A DNA stretch of 64,000 nt, taken from contig VBLC01000035.1 in the NCBI GenBank assembly GCA_005879315.1, forward strand, positions 65,686-129,685, read 5' to 3'. How positions within the stretch are numbered: position 1 is the stretch's first letter; each line of letters starts with the position of its first letter. This document shows positions 8,289 to 17,740 of this stretch, one piece after another. The notes beneath the pieces are model-generated. The model ran no database searches and was not told the DNA's origin. It saw only the letters and a program-made list of their open reading frames with translations. Both the position numbers and the translations under genes were made by a program. Source of the stretch: Deltaproteobacteria bacterium. Its GTDB lineage: Bacteria; Myxococcota; Myxococcia; Myxococcales; 40CM-4-68-19.

Positions 8289-9320
8289 TCACCTACCTTC
8301 GCTCTCCTCGTCGCCTTCCTCTTCCGGCTCGGCGGCGCTGGGCGCGCCGGGCGTCGCGCCGGGCTCCTTTCCAAGGAAGCGGAGCGGATCCTTGACCGCA
8401 TGTGGCACGCTCGGCTCCGGTTCCCACTTCGGCGGCTGCAGCCCGGGATTCTTGCCCACGGCTTGCGTGATCAAAACAGAGTGCAGATCGAGCTCGGCAT
8501 TGGGGCCTGCGCCGCTCGAGCCGGCCACCTTGAAGTGACCTTTCAGATCGCAGCCGAGCGGCGCTCCCGTCTCGATGTCGACGAGAATCGTGCCGGAGAT
8601 TGACACCGGCTCCTCCTTCTCCCAGAGCTCGAGCCGCCGCGCGGTGTCCGGATCGGGCGCGTTGCCGGGATATTGCACGGGCGGTAGCTCGCGCTCGTCC
8701 TTCCCGGCGGCGCGCCCTCCCCAGCCGGCCACTCCGTAACGCACGACTCTGCGGCCCTCGGCCACACTCTCGTTGACGACCTTCAACTTGAGACCGCGCC
8801 CCATCCGATCGAAGGTGGGCAAAGCCGACAAAGCCTGCTCGCGGATGCGGCCCACGTCGGTGCGGTCGGTTCGCCGCTTGCGGAAGGGGCCGTAGAGGCT
8901 CTTCACGAAGGCCTCGCCCTTGAGCCAGACCAGCTCGAAGCCCTGGTTGCGATCGTTGGAGAGGCGCACGTCGAAGTCGCCGCCGGGGCCCTGCAGGAGC
9001 GTGGTCTCCTCCGAGAGCGAAACTTCCGAGCCGCCGTCCTTCAATCCCGGTCCGCGGAACCAGGCGAACTGCACGCGCGTCTGCGCCCGGTGGGGACCGA
9101 GCCGCTGCTCGATCTCCGCCTGCGGCATGTGCAGTACCCGGTGCGCGAGCTGCGCGTCTTCCGCTAGCGAGCGCGCGTCGAGCGGTTCCTTCGCCTCGGC
9201 GAGAGTGCCGAGCGGTTCCTCGGGAGAAAAGATCCGCTGCTTGGCAGCCTGGTCCTCGCTCCTCCGGCAGGAGAGCGCAAAGAGAAAAAGGAGGGGAGCG
9301 AGTCGGCGCATGGGACGCAT
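8289..9320 (-). CDS. hypothetical lipoprotein
   Basis: MRPMRRLAPLLFLFALSC is a lipobox-type signal. The acidic C-terminal tail is EPEEEGDEESEGR. No enzymatic motif recognised. Confidence 0.6.
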   Translation of the reverse strand: MRPMRRLAPLLFLFALSCRRSEDQAAKQRIFSPEEPLGTLAEAKEPLDARSLAEDAQLAHRVLHMPQAEIEQRLGPHRAQTRVQFAWFRGPGLKDGGSEVSLSEETTLLQGPGGDFDVRLSNDRNQGFELVWLKGEAFVKSLYGPFRKRRTDRTDVGRIREQALSALPTFDRMGRGLKLKVVNESVAEGRRVVRYGVAGWGGRAAGKDERELPPVQYPGNAPDPDTARRLELWEKEEPVSISGTILVDIETGAPLGCDLKGHFKVAGSSGAGPNAELDLHSVLITQAVGKNPGLQPPKWEPEPSVPHAVKDPLRFLGKEPGATPGAPSAAEPEEEGDEESEGR

Positions 9321-9426
9321 GCACGTACCGCGGACGGATTCGCGGCGCAATGAATTCTGGCCTCAGGCGTCGTCCTCAGGAACTGCTCTTCCCCTGATGC
9401 CCGAAGCCCGAGGTCTGATGCCTCTT

Positions 9427-9966
9427 TCATCCCCAGAGCATCCTCGCGATCACGACGCTCGCGATCAGGCCCGTCAGATCGGCCGAGAGCCCGGCGAGCA
9501 GCGCGTGCCGGTAGCGGACAATGCCTACCGCGCCGCAGTAGACGCTGAGCACGTAGAAAGTGGTCTCGGTCGACCCCTGCAGGATCGACCCGAGCCGGCC
9601 CGCATAAGAGTCCGGCCCCAGGCCGGGCGTGGCGAAGATGTTGCCGAGGAGCCCGAGCGCGCCCGAGCCGGAGAAGGGGCGGACGATCGCCATCGGCAAG
9701 ACTTCCGGCGGCAGCCCCAAGGGACCCGTGACGGGCCCGACCACTTTCGCCAGGGCGTCCATCGCCCCCGCCCCGCGAAAGGCGCCCACTGCCGCGAGGA
9801 TGGCGACGAGAAAAGGGATGATGCGGATGGCGACGTTGAATCCCTCCTTCGCTCCCTCGACGAAGGCTTCGTAGACCTTGACGCCCCGGACCCATCCGTA
9901 GAGGGGGATGCCGACCAGAAGCGCCACGAGGATGAAGCTCGAGGCGATCTCGATCGCGTGCCTCAC
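9427..9966 (-). CDS. nucleoside-recognition (Gate) domain membrane protein, SpmB-like
   Basis: Real C-terminal part of track ORF 9427..10755. GTG 9966 overlaps the upstream stop (GTGA). Hydrophobic sequence IPFLVAILAAVGAFRGAGAMD...FSGSGALG. Confidence 0.7.
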   Translation of the reverse strand: MRHAIEIASSFILVALLVGIPLYGWVRGVKVYEAFVEGAKEGFNVAIRIIPFLVAILAAVGAFRGAGAMDALAKVVGPVTGPLGLPPEVLPMAIVRPFSGSGALGLLGNIFATPGLGPDSYAGRLGSILQGSTETTFYVLSVYCGAVGIVRYRHALLAGLSADLTGLIASVVIARMLWG

Positions 9967-10538
9967 TTCCACACCCGCTCGAGCAATTTCGCCACCGCGA
10001 TGGCGACCGAGAGCGCGCAGAGGGTCGAGGCGAGGGTCGGCAGCAGGATCCCGGCCGGGTCGCTCGAGTGCGCCGAGGCGCGCAGCGCGATGACGGTGGT
10101 GGGGACGAGCTGCAGGCTGGCGGTGTTGATGGCGACGAAGAGAGCCTGGGCGTTCGTGGCGGTGCCCGGATGCGGGTTCAAGGTCTCGAGCTCTTCCATC
10201 GCCTTGATGCCGAAGGGCGTCGCGGCATTTCCCAGGCCGAGGACGTTGGCGGCGATGTTGAGGAGCATGGCGCTGATGGCCGGATGGCCGTCGGGCACGT
10301 CGGGAAAGAGCGGCCGGAAGATGGGCCGCGCCGCCTTGGCCAGCTTCTCCACCAGCCCGGCGCGCTCGGCGATCTTGAGCAGGCCGAGCCAGAGAGCCAT
10401 CACCCCGATGAGGCCGAGGGCGAGCGCGACCGCGTCCGAGGCGCCCCTGAAAGCTCCTTCGCCGACGGACTTGAGGTCGCCGCGAACTGCGCCGGCGATT
10501 GCGGCGGCGACGAAGAGCAAGACGAAGACGATGTTCAT
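9963..10538 (-). CDS. nucleoside-recognition (Gate) domain membrane protein, SpmA-like
   Basis: 191 aa: MNIVFVLLFVAAAIAG...LGLGNAATPFGIKAMEEL. This is the typical SpmA/SpmB pair arrangement. Confidence 0.7.
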   Translation of the reverse strand: MNIVFVLLFVAAAIAGAVRGDLKSVGEGAFRGASDAVALALGLIGVMALWLGLLKIAERAGLVEKLAKAARPIFRPLFPDVPDGHPAISAMLLNIAANVLGLGNAATPFGIKAMEELETLNPHPGTATNAQALFVAINTASLQLVPTTVIALRASAHSSDPAGILLPTLASTLCALSVAIAVAKLLERVWK

Positions 10539-10637
10539 GCCTCAATTGCACTGCCGCGCGGCGCCTTTGCAAGTTTCGGCGAGACACCAGCGCCTTGACC
10601 CGCCGGAAGGCGCGTGCTACTCGCGCGCCCTCCTTCC

Positions 10638-12626
10638 ATGGTCCGTCCGCTCGCACTCGCCGCCGCCGTCTGCCTCGTCGCTTCTTCCGCTCCGGCCGAG
10701 ATCGCGCCTGCGAAGAGCAAGCCGAAGGCGACGAAGAAGGCGCCGAAGAATCCACCCGCGGACGCCGCGCAGCCGACGGCGTCGGCGAAGACCGGCGAAG
10801 GGGGCACGCCTGCCGGGGCGAGCCAGACTGCTGGGGCGGCCGCGTCTCCCGACGTGGCGAAGCCGCCGCCCGTTTTCGATCAGGAGGAGTTCCGCCGCCA
10901 GGTGATGGAGGAAGTCCGCCGCGAGTTGCAGAAGACCAAGGACGAGGTCAAGCAGGAGACGGCCTGGGTGGAGCAGGACAGCCAGGCCCGCGTGCAGGAC
11001 AGCGAGGCCGTCGAGCAGCTCAAGCAGCGGGTCAATCTCTTCCAGCCGCACGGGTACCTGCGCCTGCGCAGCGAGTTCTTCAACAACATGAACCTGGGGC
11101 GCGGAACCGACCCCACGGGCCACACGCTCTTTCTCCAGCCCTTCATCGGCTCGGGCGGCAACAACAGCCAGTCGGACGCCAACTTCCGCTTCCGCTTCGA
11201 GCCCACCCTCGAGGTGAGCGAGGACCTGGCCATCTACGGGCAGCTGGACGTGCTCGACAACATCCTGCTCGGAACCGACCCGGTCTCCGACGTCTACATC
11301 GATCCGAACACGCCGCTCGCCTCCTTCGCCAACACGCGCGGCGCCGGCACGGTCAAGGTCAAGCGCCTCTGGGGCCGCGTCAACACCCAGCTGGGTGAGC
11401 TGGTCTTCGGCCGGATGGGCTACCACTGGGGCCTGGGCATCCTCCACAACGACGGCAACTGCCTCGACTGCGACTACGGCGACACCTACGACCGCATCGC
11501 CTTCGCCCCGCGCGAGATCAAAGGGCACCGCTTCGCGCTCATGTTCGATCTCCTCGACAAGGGCGCGGTCACCACCGGCGAGCACGGGGAATTGGGCCGC
11601 AGCGTCGACATCGACACGCTCGACGACGGCTACCGGCTCGGCCTGGAGATCACCCGGCTCGACAACGCCGAGGAGATCAAGCGCAAGCTCGACGCCGGCC
11701 GGTGGGTGATCAACTACGGCATCCTCGGCGACTACCGCACCCAGGTCTGGGACACGCCCGTGACCACGCCGCCGGCGAACGGCAATCTGCGCTCGAACGT
11801 GGTGCGGCGCGGGGCAAAGCTCTACCAGCCCGACTTCTTCCTCGCGCTCAAGCGCAAGAAGTGGCGCTTCGACGCGGAAGTGGCGATGACCTACGGGAGC
11901 GTCAACACCCACCAGCCGCTCGATTTCGATCCCGCGACGGTGGACCCGCAGCTCGCGGCGCAGCTGATGCAGCCGATCAATTTTCTCCAGTTCGGCGGCG
12001 CGCTGCAGACGGACATCGCGCTCCTCGCTGCCGACGCCTTGCTGGTCGGGCTCGAGTTCGGCGGGGCCTCCGGCGACAAAGGCGCCTACGGCTTCGGCGC
12101 GCGGCCCTGGCGGTCAGGTTCCGGCGCAGTCCAGCCGACCCTCAGCGGCGGAACGCCGTTGCGCGCCGCCGGGCCGGGCGACATCGACGGCACCCATCTC
12201 GACTACTCGAACCTCGACGCCACCCACGGGCGGATGAACAACTTCGTCTTCAACCGCGCCTTCAACGTCGACATGATCCTCTGGCGCAACCTGGTGACCT
12301 CGGTGACGTCGGGCTGGTATCTGAAGCCGTCGATCCGCTACCGGCCCACCGGGCGCAAGACGGGCGGCGGCGACGACACCGGCTTCGAGATCCTGGCGGC
12401 GATCATCTACTCGCAGGCCTGGTATGCGGAGAACACCCCTTCGGCGGCGGCGAGGCCGCTCGGCATCGAGCTGAACGTCGGGATCACCTACGACACCTCC
12501 GACCGGTTCCACGCCGGACTCGCGTACGGCGCGCTCTTGCCCCTGAGCGGCTTGAACAACACCGCCACCGGGCAGGGGGCGTCCCTGGCGCACGCCATCA
12601 GGCTGATCATGGCGATTCCGTTCTGA
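10638..12626 (+). CDS. outer-membrane beta-barrel protein with N-terminal Lys/Pro/Ala-rich and coiled-coil region
   Basis: Signal peptide MVRPLALAAAVCLVASSAPA. Alternating beta-strand pattern, aromatic-rich. The C-terminal ...IRLIMAIPF ends in Phe, as in OMP sorting signals. Confidence 0.7.
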   Translation: MVRPLALAAAVCLVASSAPAEIAPAKSKPKATKKAPKNPPADAAQPTASAKTGEGGTPAGASQTAGAAASPDVAKPPPVFDQEEFRRQVMEEVRRELQKTKDEVKQETAWVEQDSQARVQDSEAVEQLKQRVNLFQPHGYLRLRSEFFNNMNLGRGTDPTGHTLFLQPFIGSGGNNSQSDANFRFRFEPTLEVSEDLAIYGQLDVLDNILLGTDPVSDVYIDPNTPLASFANTRGAGTVKVKRLWGRVNTQLGELVFGRMGYHWGLGILHNDGNCLDCDYGDTYDRIAFAPREIKGHRFALMFDLLDKGAVTTGEHGELGRSVDIDTLDDGYRLGLEITRLDNAEEIKRKLDAGRWVINYGILGDYRTQVWDTPVTTPPANGNLRSNVVRRGAKLYQPDFFLALKRKKWRFDAEVAMTYGSVNTHQPLDFDPATVDPQLAAQLMQPINFLQFGGALQTDIALLAADALLVGLEFGGASGDKGAYGFGARPWRSGSGAVQPTLSGGTPLRAAGPGDIDGTHLDYSNLDATHGRMNNFVFNRAFNVDMILWRNLVTSVTSGWYLKPSIRYRPTGRKTGGGDDTGFEILAAIIYSQAWYAENTPSAAARPLGIELNVGITYDTSDRFHAGLAYGALLPLSGLNNTATGQGASLAHAIRLIMAIPF

Positions 12627-12627
12627 G

Positions 12628-12759
12628 ATGAAACGCGCGGTGCGGGCTCTGATCGCGCTCGCCACCTCGACGCTGGTGGTCTGCGGAATCAAGGGTCCGC
12701 CTCGGCCGCCCGCGCGTGCGGCTCCCGACGCCGGCGTCGCCGACGGGGGCGCGCGGTGA
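12628..12759 (+). CDS. lptM: small lipoprotein, LptM(YifL)/LppL-like (43 aa)
   Basis: Not in the ORF track (too short). ATG at 12628. Sequence: MKRAVRALIALATSTLVVCGIKGPPRPPARAAPDAGVADGGAR. The lipobox is followed by CGIKGP, like E. coli YifL CGLKGP. Its stop overlaps the lysA GTG (GTGA). Confidence 0.55.
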   Translation: MKRAVRALIALATSTLVVCGIKGPPRPPARAAPDAGVADGGAR

Positions 12760-14006
12760 ATCACTTCCAGCGCAAGCGGGGCGAGCTGTGCTGCGAGGAC
12801 GTCCCGCTCGCCGAGCTGGCCGCGGAAGTGGGCACGCCGGCATACGTCTACTCGACCGCGACGCTGCGCCGCCATGCGCGGGTGTTCAAGGCGGCGCTGC
12901 GCGGCCTCGATGTTCTCGCCTGCTTCGCGGTGAAGTCGGCGCCGAACCTGGCGCTGCTCTCGCTGCTCGCCGAGGAGGGATTTGGATTCGACATCGTCTC
13001 CGGCGGCGAGCTCTACCGCGCGCTCAAGGCGGGCGGCGAGGCGGACAAGATCGTCTTCTCGGGCGTGGGCAAGCGCGAGGAGGAGATGGAAGCCGCGCTG
13101 CAGGCGCGGATCCATCAGTTCAACTGCGAGAGCGAAGAGGAGCTGGAGCAGCTCTCCCGCGTCGCCTCGCGCGCGCGCAAGGTGGCGCCCGTCGCGCTGC
13201 GAGTCAATCCCGAGGTGGACGCGCGGACGCATCCGTACGTCGCCACGGCCCTGGCGAGCTCGAAGTTCGGCGTGCCGGCGGGACGGGTGCGCAAGGCCTA
13301 CCGGCTGGCGGCGTCGCTGCCCGGGCTGAAAGTGGTGGGCCTCGCCTGTCACATCGGCTCGCAGATCGACGAGCTGGGGCCCTTCGTCGAGGCGGCGAAG
13401 AAGATGCGCGCGCTGTTTCTCCAGCTTCGCGCCGATGGCCATGACTTGCGCCGCCTCGACATGGGCGGCGGCCTGGGCGTGCCTTACCGCGAGAGGGGCC
13501 GGCAACCGGCCTCGCCGCAGCGGTATGGCGAGGCGCTCGCCCGCGCCCTGTCCGGCCTGGAGGCGACGGTGATCTTCGAGCCGGGCCGGCTCCTGGTGGC
13601 GAATGCCGGCGTGCTCCTCTCCCGCGTGCTCTTGCGCAAGCAGGGCCACGCCGCGCGCAAGTTCGTGGTCGTCGATGCGGGCATGAACGATCTGCTGCGG
13701 CCGGCGCTGTATCAGGCGCACCACGAGCTCGAGCCGGTGGGCCGGCCGCGCCGCGGCGCGGAGGTGGTCGACGTGGTCGGGCCGGTCTGCGAGAGCGCCG
13801 ATGTGCTGGCGAAGCGGCGGCGCCTTCCGCCATTGCAGGCGGGCGACCTGGTGGTGCTGCGGACCGCGGGCGCTTATGGAATGGCGATGGCCTCGCAGTA
13901 CAACGCCCGGCCCCGGCCGGTCGAAGTGCTGGTCGACGGGCGCTCGTGGCGCGTGGTGCGGGCGCGAGAGTCCTACGCCGACCTGGTTCGAGGCGAATCC
14001 GTCTGA
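12756..14006 (+). CDS. lysA: diaminopimelate decarboxylase
   Basis: 416 aa. PAYVYS, FAVKS (PLP lysine), GFGFDIVSGGEL and the C-terminal CESAD...GAYG pattern match group IV PLP decarboxylases. Confidence 0.9.
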   Translation: MNHFQRKRGELCCEDVPLAELAAEVGTPAYVYSTATLRRHARVFKAALRGLDVLACFAVKSAPNLALLSLLAEEGFGFDIVSGGELYRALKAGGEADKIVFSGVGKREEEMEAALQARIHQFNCESEEELEQLSRVASRARKVAPVALRVNPEVDARTHPYVATALASSKFGVPAGRVRKAYRLAASLPGLKVVGLACHIGSQIDELGPFVEAAKKMRALFLQLRADGHDLRRLDMGGGLGVPYRERGRQPASPQRYGEALARALSGLEATVIFEPGRLLVANAGVLLSRVLLRKQGHAARKFVVVDAGMNDLLRPALYQAHHELEPVGRPRRGAEVVDVVGPVCESADVLAKRRRLPPLQAGDLVVLRTAGAYGMAMASQYNARPRPVEVLVDGRSWRVVRARESYADLVRGESV

Positions 14007-14092
14007 GTCTCAGACCCGCGCGCTATACTGTCCACGGGCGGGGCACGGGAGCCCCTTGAACAAGAGGATCTCGCCCGCTGCAGGAGACGAAC

Positions 14093-14977
14093 ATGTCTGA
14101 CTTGCGCGGCTCGATGGTGGCCCTGGTCACCCCCTTCCGGAACGGCGCGCTGGATGAGCCCGCCCTGCGCGCGCTGGTCCAGTGGCAGCTCGCTTCGGGC
14201 ACCGACGGGCTGGTCCCCGGCGGCACTACCGGCGAGGGAGCGACCCTCACCGCCGAAGAAGCCGTTCGCGTCGCGCGCATCTGCGTCGAGGAAGCGCGCG
14301 GCCGCGTCCCGGTCATCGCCGGCTGCGGTACGAACTCGACGCGCGCGACGATCGAGAACGTCCGCCGCGCCAAGGAAGCGGGCGCCGACGCCGCGCTGGT
14401 CGTCACGCCTTACTACAACAAGCCCACGCCCGAAGGCCTCTTCCGCCACTTCGAAGCCGTGGCGAAGCAGGGCGGGCTGCCGGTCGTGATGTACAACGTC
14501 CCGAGCCGCACCTCCCTCGACATGCTGCCCGACACGATCGCGCGCTGCGCTCGCCTGCCGGGGATCGTCGCCGTGAAGGAGGCGAGCGGCAACGCCGTCC
14601 GCGTCGCCGAGATCCGCGCGCTCGGCGTGCCCGACAGCTTCTCCATCCTCGCGGGCGACGACATGTTCACTCTCTCGACGCTGGCCACGGGAGGCCAGGG
14701 CGTCATCAGCGTCGTCGCCAACGTCGCGCCTGCCGATCTGGCCGCGCTCTGCGACGCCTTCTTCGCCGGTGACCTCGGCCGCGCCCGCGCCGCGCAGATC
14801 AAGTTCGCTCCGCTGGTCAAGGCGCTCTTCCTCGAGACCAATCCCCTGCCGGTCAAGCACGCGCTCTTTCGCATGGGCAAGATCGCGCACGAGCTGCGCC
14901 TGCCGCTGGTGCCCATCTCGGAAGCGGCCGCCGCCAAGGTCGACGCGGCGATGCGCGACTACGGAGGGCTGCTGTGA
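14093..14977 (+). CDS. dapA: 4-hydroxy-tetrahydrodipicolinate synthase
   Basis: 294 aa. Motifs: VALVTPF, GGTTGEG, VTPYYNKP, YNVPSRT, VAVKEASG (Schiff-base lysine). Confidence 0.92.
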   Translation: MSDLRGSMVALVTPFRNGALDEPALRALVQWQLASGTDGLVPGGTTGEGATLTAEEAVRVARICVEEARGRVPVIAGCGTNSTRATIENVRRAKEAGADAALVVTPYYNKPTPEGLFRHFEAVAKQGGLPVVMYNVPSRTSLDMLPDTIARCARLPGIVAVKEASGNAVRVAEIRALGVPDSFSILAGDDMFTLSTLATGGQGVISVVANVAPADLAALCDAFFAGDLGRARAAQIKFAPLVKALFLETNPLPVKHALFRMGKIAHELRLPLVPISEAAAAKVDAAMRDYGGLL

Positions 14978-15789
14978 AGCAGATCCGCGCCGTCATCGCC
15001 GGCGTGGCCGGAAAGATGGGCTCGCGCATCCTCGGCGCGCTGCGCGCCGAGGAGGACTTCGCCGTGGTGGGCGCCTTCGAGAGGCCGGAGAGCCCGCAGG
15101 TCGGCCGCGACGCGGGTCTTCTCTCCGGATCCGGACCGCTGGAAGTGACCATCTCCGGATCGATCCAGGGAGCGCTGCAGAAGAAGGCCGACGTCGTCAT
15201 CGACTTCACCGTGCCCGCGGCTTCGCTGCACAACGCCTCGGTCTGCGCCGAGCGCGGGGTCGCGCTGGTGGTGGGCACCACCGGATTCTCGGCGCAAGCG
15301 AAAGCGGAGCTGGCCGGCCACGCCGCGCGCATTCCGCTCCTGGTCGCGCCGAACATGAGCGTGGGGGTCAACGTCCTCTTCCGTCTCGTCGCCGACGCCG
15401 CGCGCGCGCTCGGCCCCGACTACGAAGTCGAGATCGCCGAGATGCACCACCGCGCCAAGCCCGATGCACCCAGCGGCACGGCGCTGCGGCTCGCGGAAGT
15501 GGCCGCCGATGCGCTCGGCCTCGACGCGCAGAGCGCCTCCGTCTACTCGCGGCAGGGCGACATCGGCGCTCGCCAGCCGGGTACCATCGGCGTGCAGTCG
15601 TTGCGCGGCGGTGACGTGGTGGGCGAGCACACCGTCTGGTTTCTCGCCGACGGCGAGCGGCTCGAGCTCATCCATCGCGCCTCCAGCCGGGAGAATTTCG
15701 CGCGCGGCGCCGTCCGCGCGGCGCGGTGGTTGGTGGGACAGAAGCCAGGCCTCTACGACATGCAGGACGTGCTGGGGTTGCGACGATGA
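14974..15789 (+). CDS. dapB: 4-hydroxy-tetrahydrodipicolinate reductase
   Basis: 271 aa. GTG overlaps the dapA stop (GTGA). Motifs: GVAGKMG, APNMSVGVN, EIAEMHHRAKPDAPSGTA. Confidence 0.9.
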   Translation: MKQIRAVIAGVAGKMGSRILGALRAEEDFAVVGAFERPESPQVGRDAGLLSGSGPLEVTISGSIQGALQKKADVVIDFTVPAASLHNASVCAERGVALVVGTTGFSAQAKAELAGHAARIPLLVAPNMSVGVNVLFRLVADAARALGPDYEVEIAEMHHRAKPDAPSGTALRLAEVAADALGLDAQSASVYSRQGDIGARQPGTIGVQSLRGGDVVGEHTVWFLADGERLELIHRASSRENFARGAVRAARWLVGQKPGLYDMQDVLGLRR

Positions 15790-16562
15790 TGCAGATCGCT
15801 CATTACCTGGGCAAGGACGGAGAGATCCTCGAAGGGGTGATCGTGGGCGACGAGATCGAGGAGATCTCCGGCCTCGATCCCATGCTCAAAGGCGGCCGGC
15901 GCGTGGGCGGGAAGCGCAAGCTTTCCCAGGTGCAGCTCATGCCCTGGGGCATGGGGCGCAAGATCGTGCTGGTGGGAAAGAACTACGTCGACCACGCCAA
16001 GGAGCTGGCGAGCGACGTGCCCAAGGAGCCGCTGCTCTCGATGAAGCCGACCACCGGCCTGATCGGGCACGGCCAGGCCATCGTGCTGCCGCCGTCTTCC
16101 GTCTCGAAAGAAGTGCACCACGAGGCGGAGATGGCGGTGATCATCGGCAAGCGGCTGCGGCGCGCATCGGAGGCCGAATGCGCCAAGGCCGTGGCGGGCG
16201 TGACTTGCCTCAACGACGTCACAGCCCGCGATATCCAGCGCGCCGAAGGGCAGTGGACGCGGGCGAAAGGATTCGACACCTTCTGTCCGGTGGGCCCGTG
16301 GGTCTCGGTCGGGCTCGACTGGTCGCACCTGCGCGTCCAATGCCGGGTCAATGGCCAGATCAGGCAGGACGGCAATACCAAGGACCAGGTATTTCCCGTG
16401 CCGCGGCTGCTGGCGTTCATCTGCGCGGGAATGACGCTGGAACCGGGCGACGTCGTCACCACCGGCACGCCTGCCGGGGTCGGGCCGATCAAGGCCGGCG
16501 ATTCGGTGGAGATCGAAGTCGAGGGCGCGGGCGTACTGCGCAACGAGGTCCGCGCAGAGTGA
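15786..16562 (+). CDS. fumarylacetoacetate hydrolase (FAH) family protein
   Basis: ATGA overlap with the dapB stop. Motifs: GKNYVDHAKE, HHEAEMAVIIGK, CLNDVTARD, KGFDTFCPVGPW. Confidence 0.85.
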   Translation: MMQIAHYLGKDGEILEGVIVGDEIEEISGLDPMLKGGRRVGGKRKLSQVQLMPWGMGRKIVLVGKNYVDHAKELASDVPKEPLLSMKPTTGLIGHGQAIVLPPSSVSKEVHHEAEMAVIIGKRLRRASEAECAKAVAGVTCLNDVTARDIQRAEGQWTRAKGFDTFCPVGPWVSVGLDWSHLRVQCRVNGQIRQDGNTKDQVFPVPRLLAFICAGMTLEPGDVVTTGTPAGVGPIKAGDSVEIEVEGAGVLRNEVRAE

Positions 16563-17695
16563 TCCCGCCGCTCAATCCGCTGCTCCTGCGCCTTCCGGCA
16601 TACCTGCAAGAAAAGGCAAATGCGCAGCGCGAGGCGGCGCTCGCGAGCGGCAGGCCTGTCCATGATTTCGGCATTGGAGATCCGCGCGAACCGACGCCGG
16701 CGTTCATTCGCGAAGCATTGCGCAATGCCGTACCGGAAGTCTCGCAATATCCCTCCATCGCCGGCACCTCCGCGCTGCGCAAGGCCATCTCCGGATATCT
16801 GCGGCGCCGATTTGCCCTCGACCTCGATCCCGAGAGGGAAATCCTCCCTTGCGCGGGAGCAAAGGAAGCGCTCTTTCATCTGCCCTTGATCGCTCTGCAT
16901 CCCGAGCGCCCGTTGTGCTGGTATCCCGATCCTGCCTATCCGGTTTATGAGCGGGCGATTCTCTTTGCCGGCGGAACGCCGCGCACGCTGCCGCTGCGCG
17001 CAGAGCGCAATTTCTTGCCGGACCTCGACGCCGTTTCCGCCGCGGAGTGGAAGCGCACTTCGATGGTCTTCGATTGCTATCCCCACAATCCCACCGGGGC
17101 GGGCGCGCCCCGCCCTCATCACGAAAAGCTGCTCGGCCTCGCGCGCGAGCACGGCTTTCTCGTCGTCTGCGACGAGCCGTATGTCGATCTCTACGTCGGC
17201 GCGCCGCCGCATGGAGCGCTGCAGGTCGGGCGCGAGAACCTCGTCGCGGTGCATTCCCTGAGCAAGCGGAGCGGGATGACGGGGTACCGGAGCGGATTCA
17301 TCGCCGGCGACCCGCGCATCCTCCGCGCCTTGCGCGAAGCCCGCGCAAACTTCGGCGTGGCCTCCCAGAGCTTCGTGCAGGCGGCGGCCGTCGCTGCCTG
17401 GAGCGACGACGCGCACGTCGAGGAGCGGCGCAAGATCTTTGCCGCCAAGCGCGCCGTCCTGCTCTCGCACCTGCGCAAGATCGGCCTGTCGGTCGGCGGC
17501 GAAGGCGCCTTCTACCTCTGGGTGCGCGTTCCGCAGGGCGAGACCAGCGAATCCTACGCGGCCCGTCTCGCGGAGCGGAACATCCTGGTCGTGCCGGGCA
17601 CCGCTTTCGGCGCCGAAGGAGCCGGCTTCATCCGGCTGGCGATGGTCCCGACGCTGCCAGATTGCGAGGCGGCGGTGGCGGCCTGGCCGGCCTAG
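16559..17695 (+). CDS. dapC: class I/II aminotransferase, probable N-succinyl-diaminopimelate aminotransferase
   Basis: GTGA overlap with the FAH stop. Motifs: NPTGA and SLSKRSGMTGYRSG (PLP lysine). The function is assigned from its position between dapB and dapD/dapE. Confidence 0.7.
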   Translation: MIPPLNPLLLRLPAYLQEKANAQREAALASGRPVHDFGIGDPREPTPAFIREALRNAVPEVSQYPSIAGTSALRKAISGYLRRRFALDLDPEREILPCAGAKEALFHLPLIALHPERPLCWYPDPAYPVYERAILFAGGTPRTLPLRAERNFLPDLDAVSAAEWKRTSMVFDCYPHNPTGAGAPRPHHEKLLGLAREHGFLVVCDEPYVDLYVGAPPHGALQVGRENLVAVHSLSKRSGMTGYRSGFIAGDPRILRALREARANFGVASQSFVQAAAVAAWSDDAHVEERRKIFAAKRAVLLSHLRKIGLSVGGEGAFYLWVRVPQGETSESYAARLAERNILVVPGTAFGAEGAGFIRLAMVPTLPDCEAAVAAWPA

Positions 17696-17740
17696 CGACC
17701 GACAGGCGCAGATACATCCGTGCTAGCTTGCGCGCCGCAG

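Noticed and set aside
10617-13724. 431-aa and 536-aa minus-strand ORFs (10617..11912, 12114..13724)
   Set aside because: They are antisense to the OM barrel gene and lysA. Same compositional artefact.
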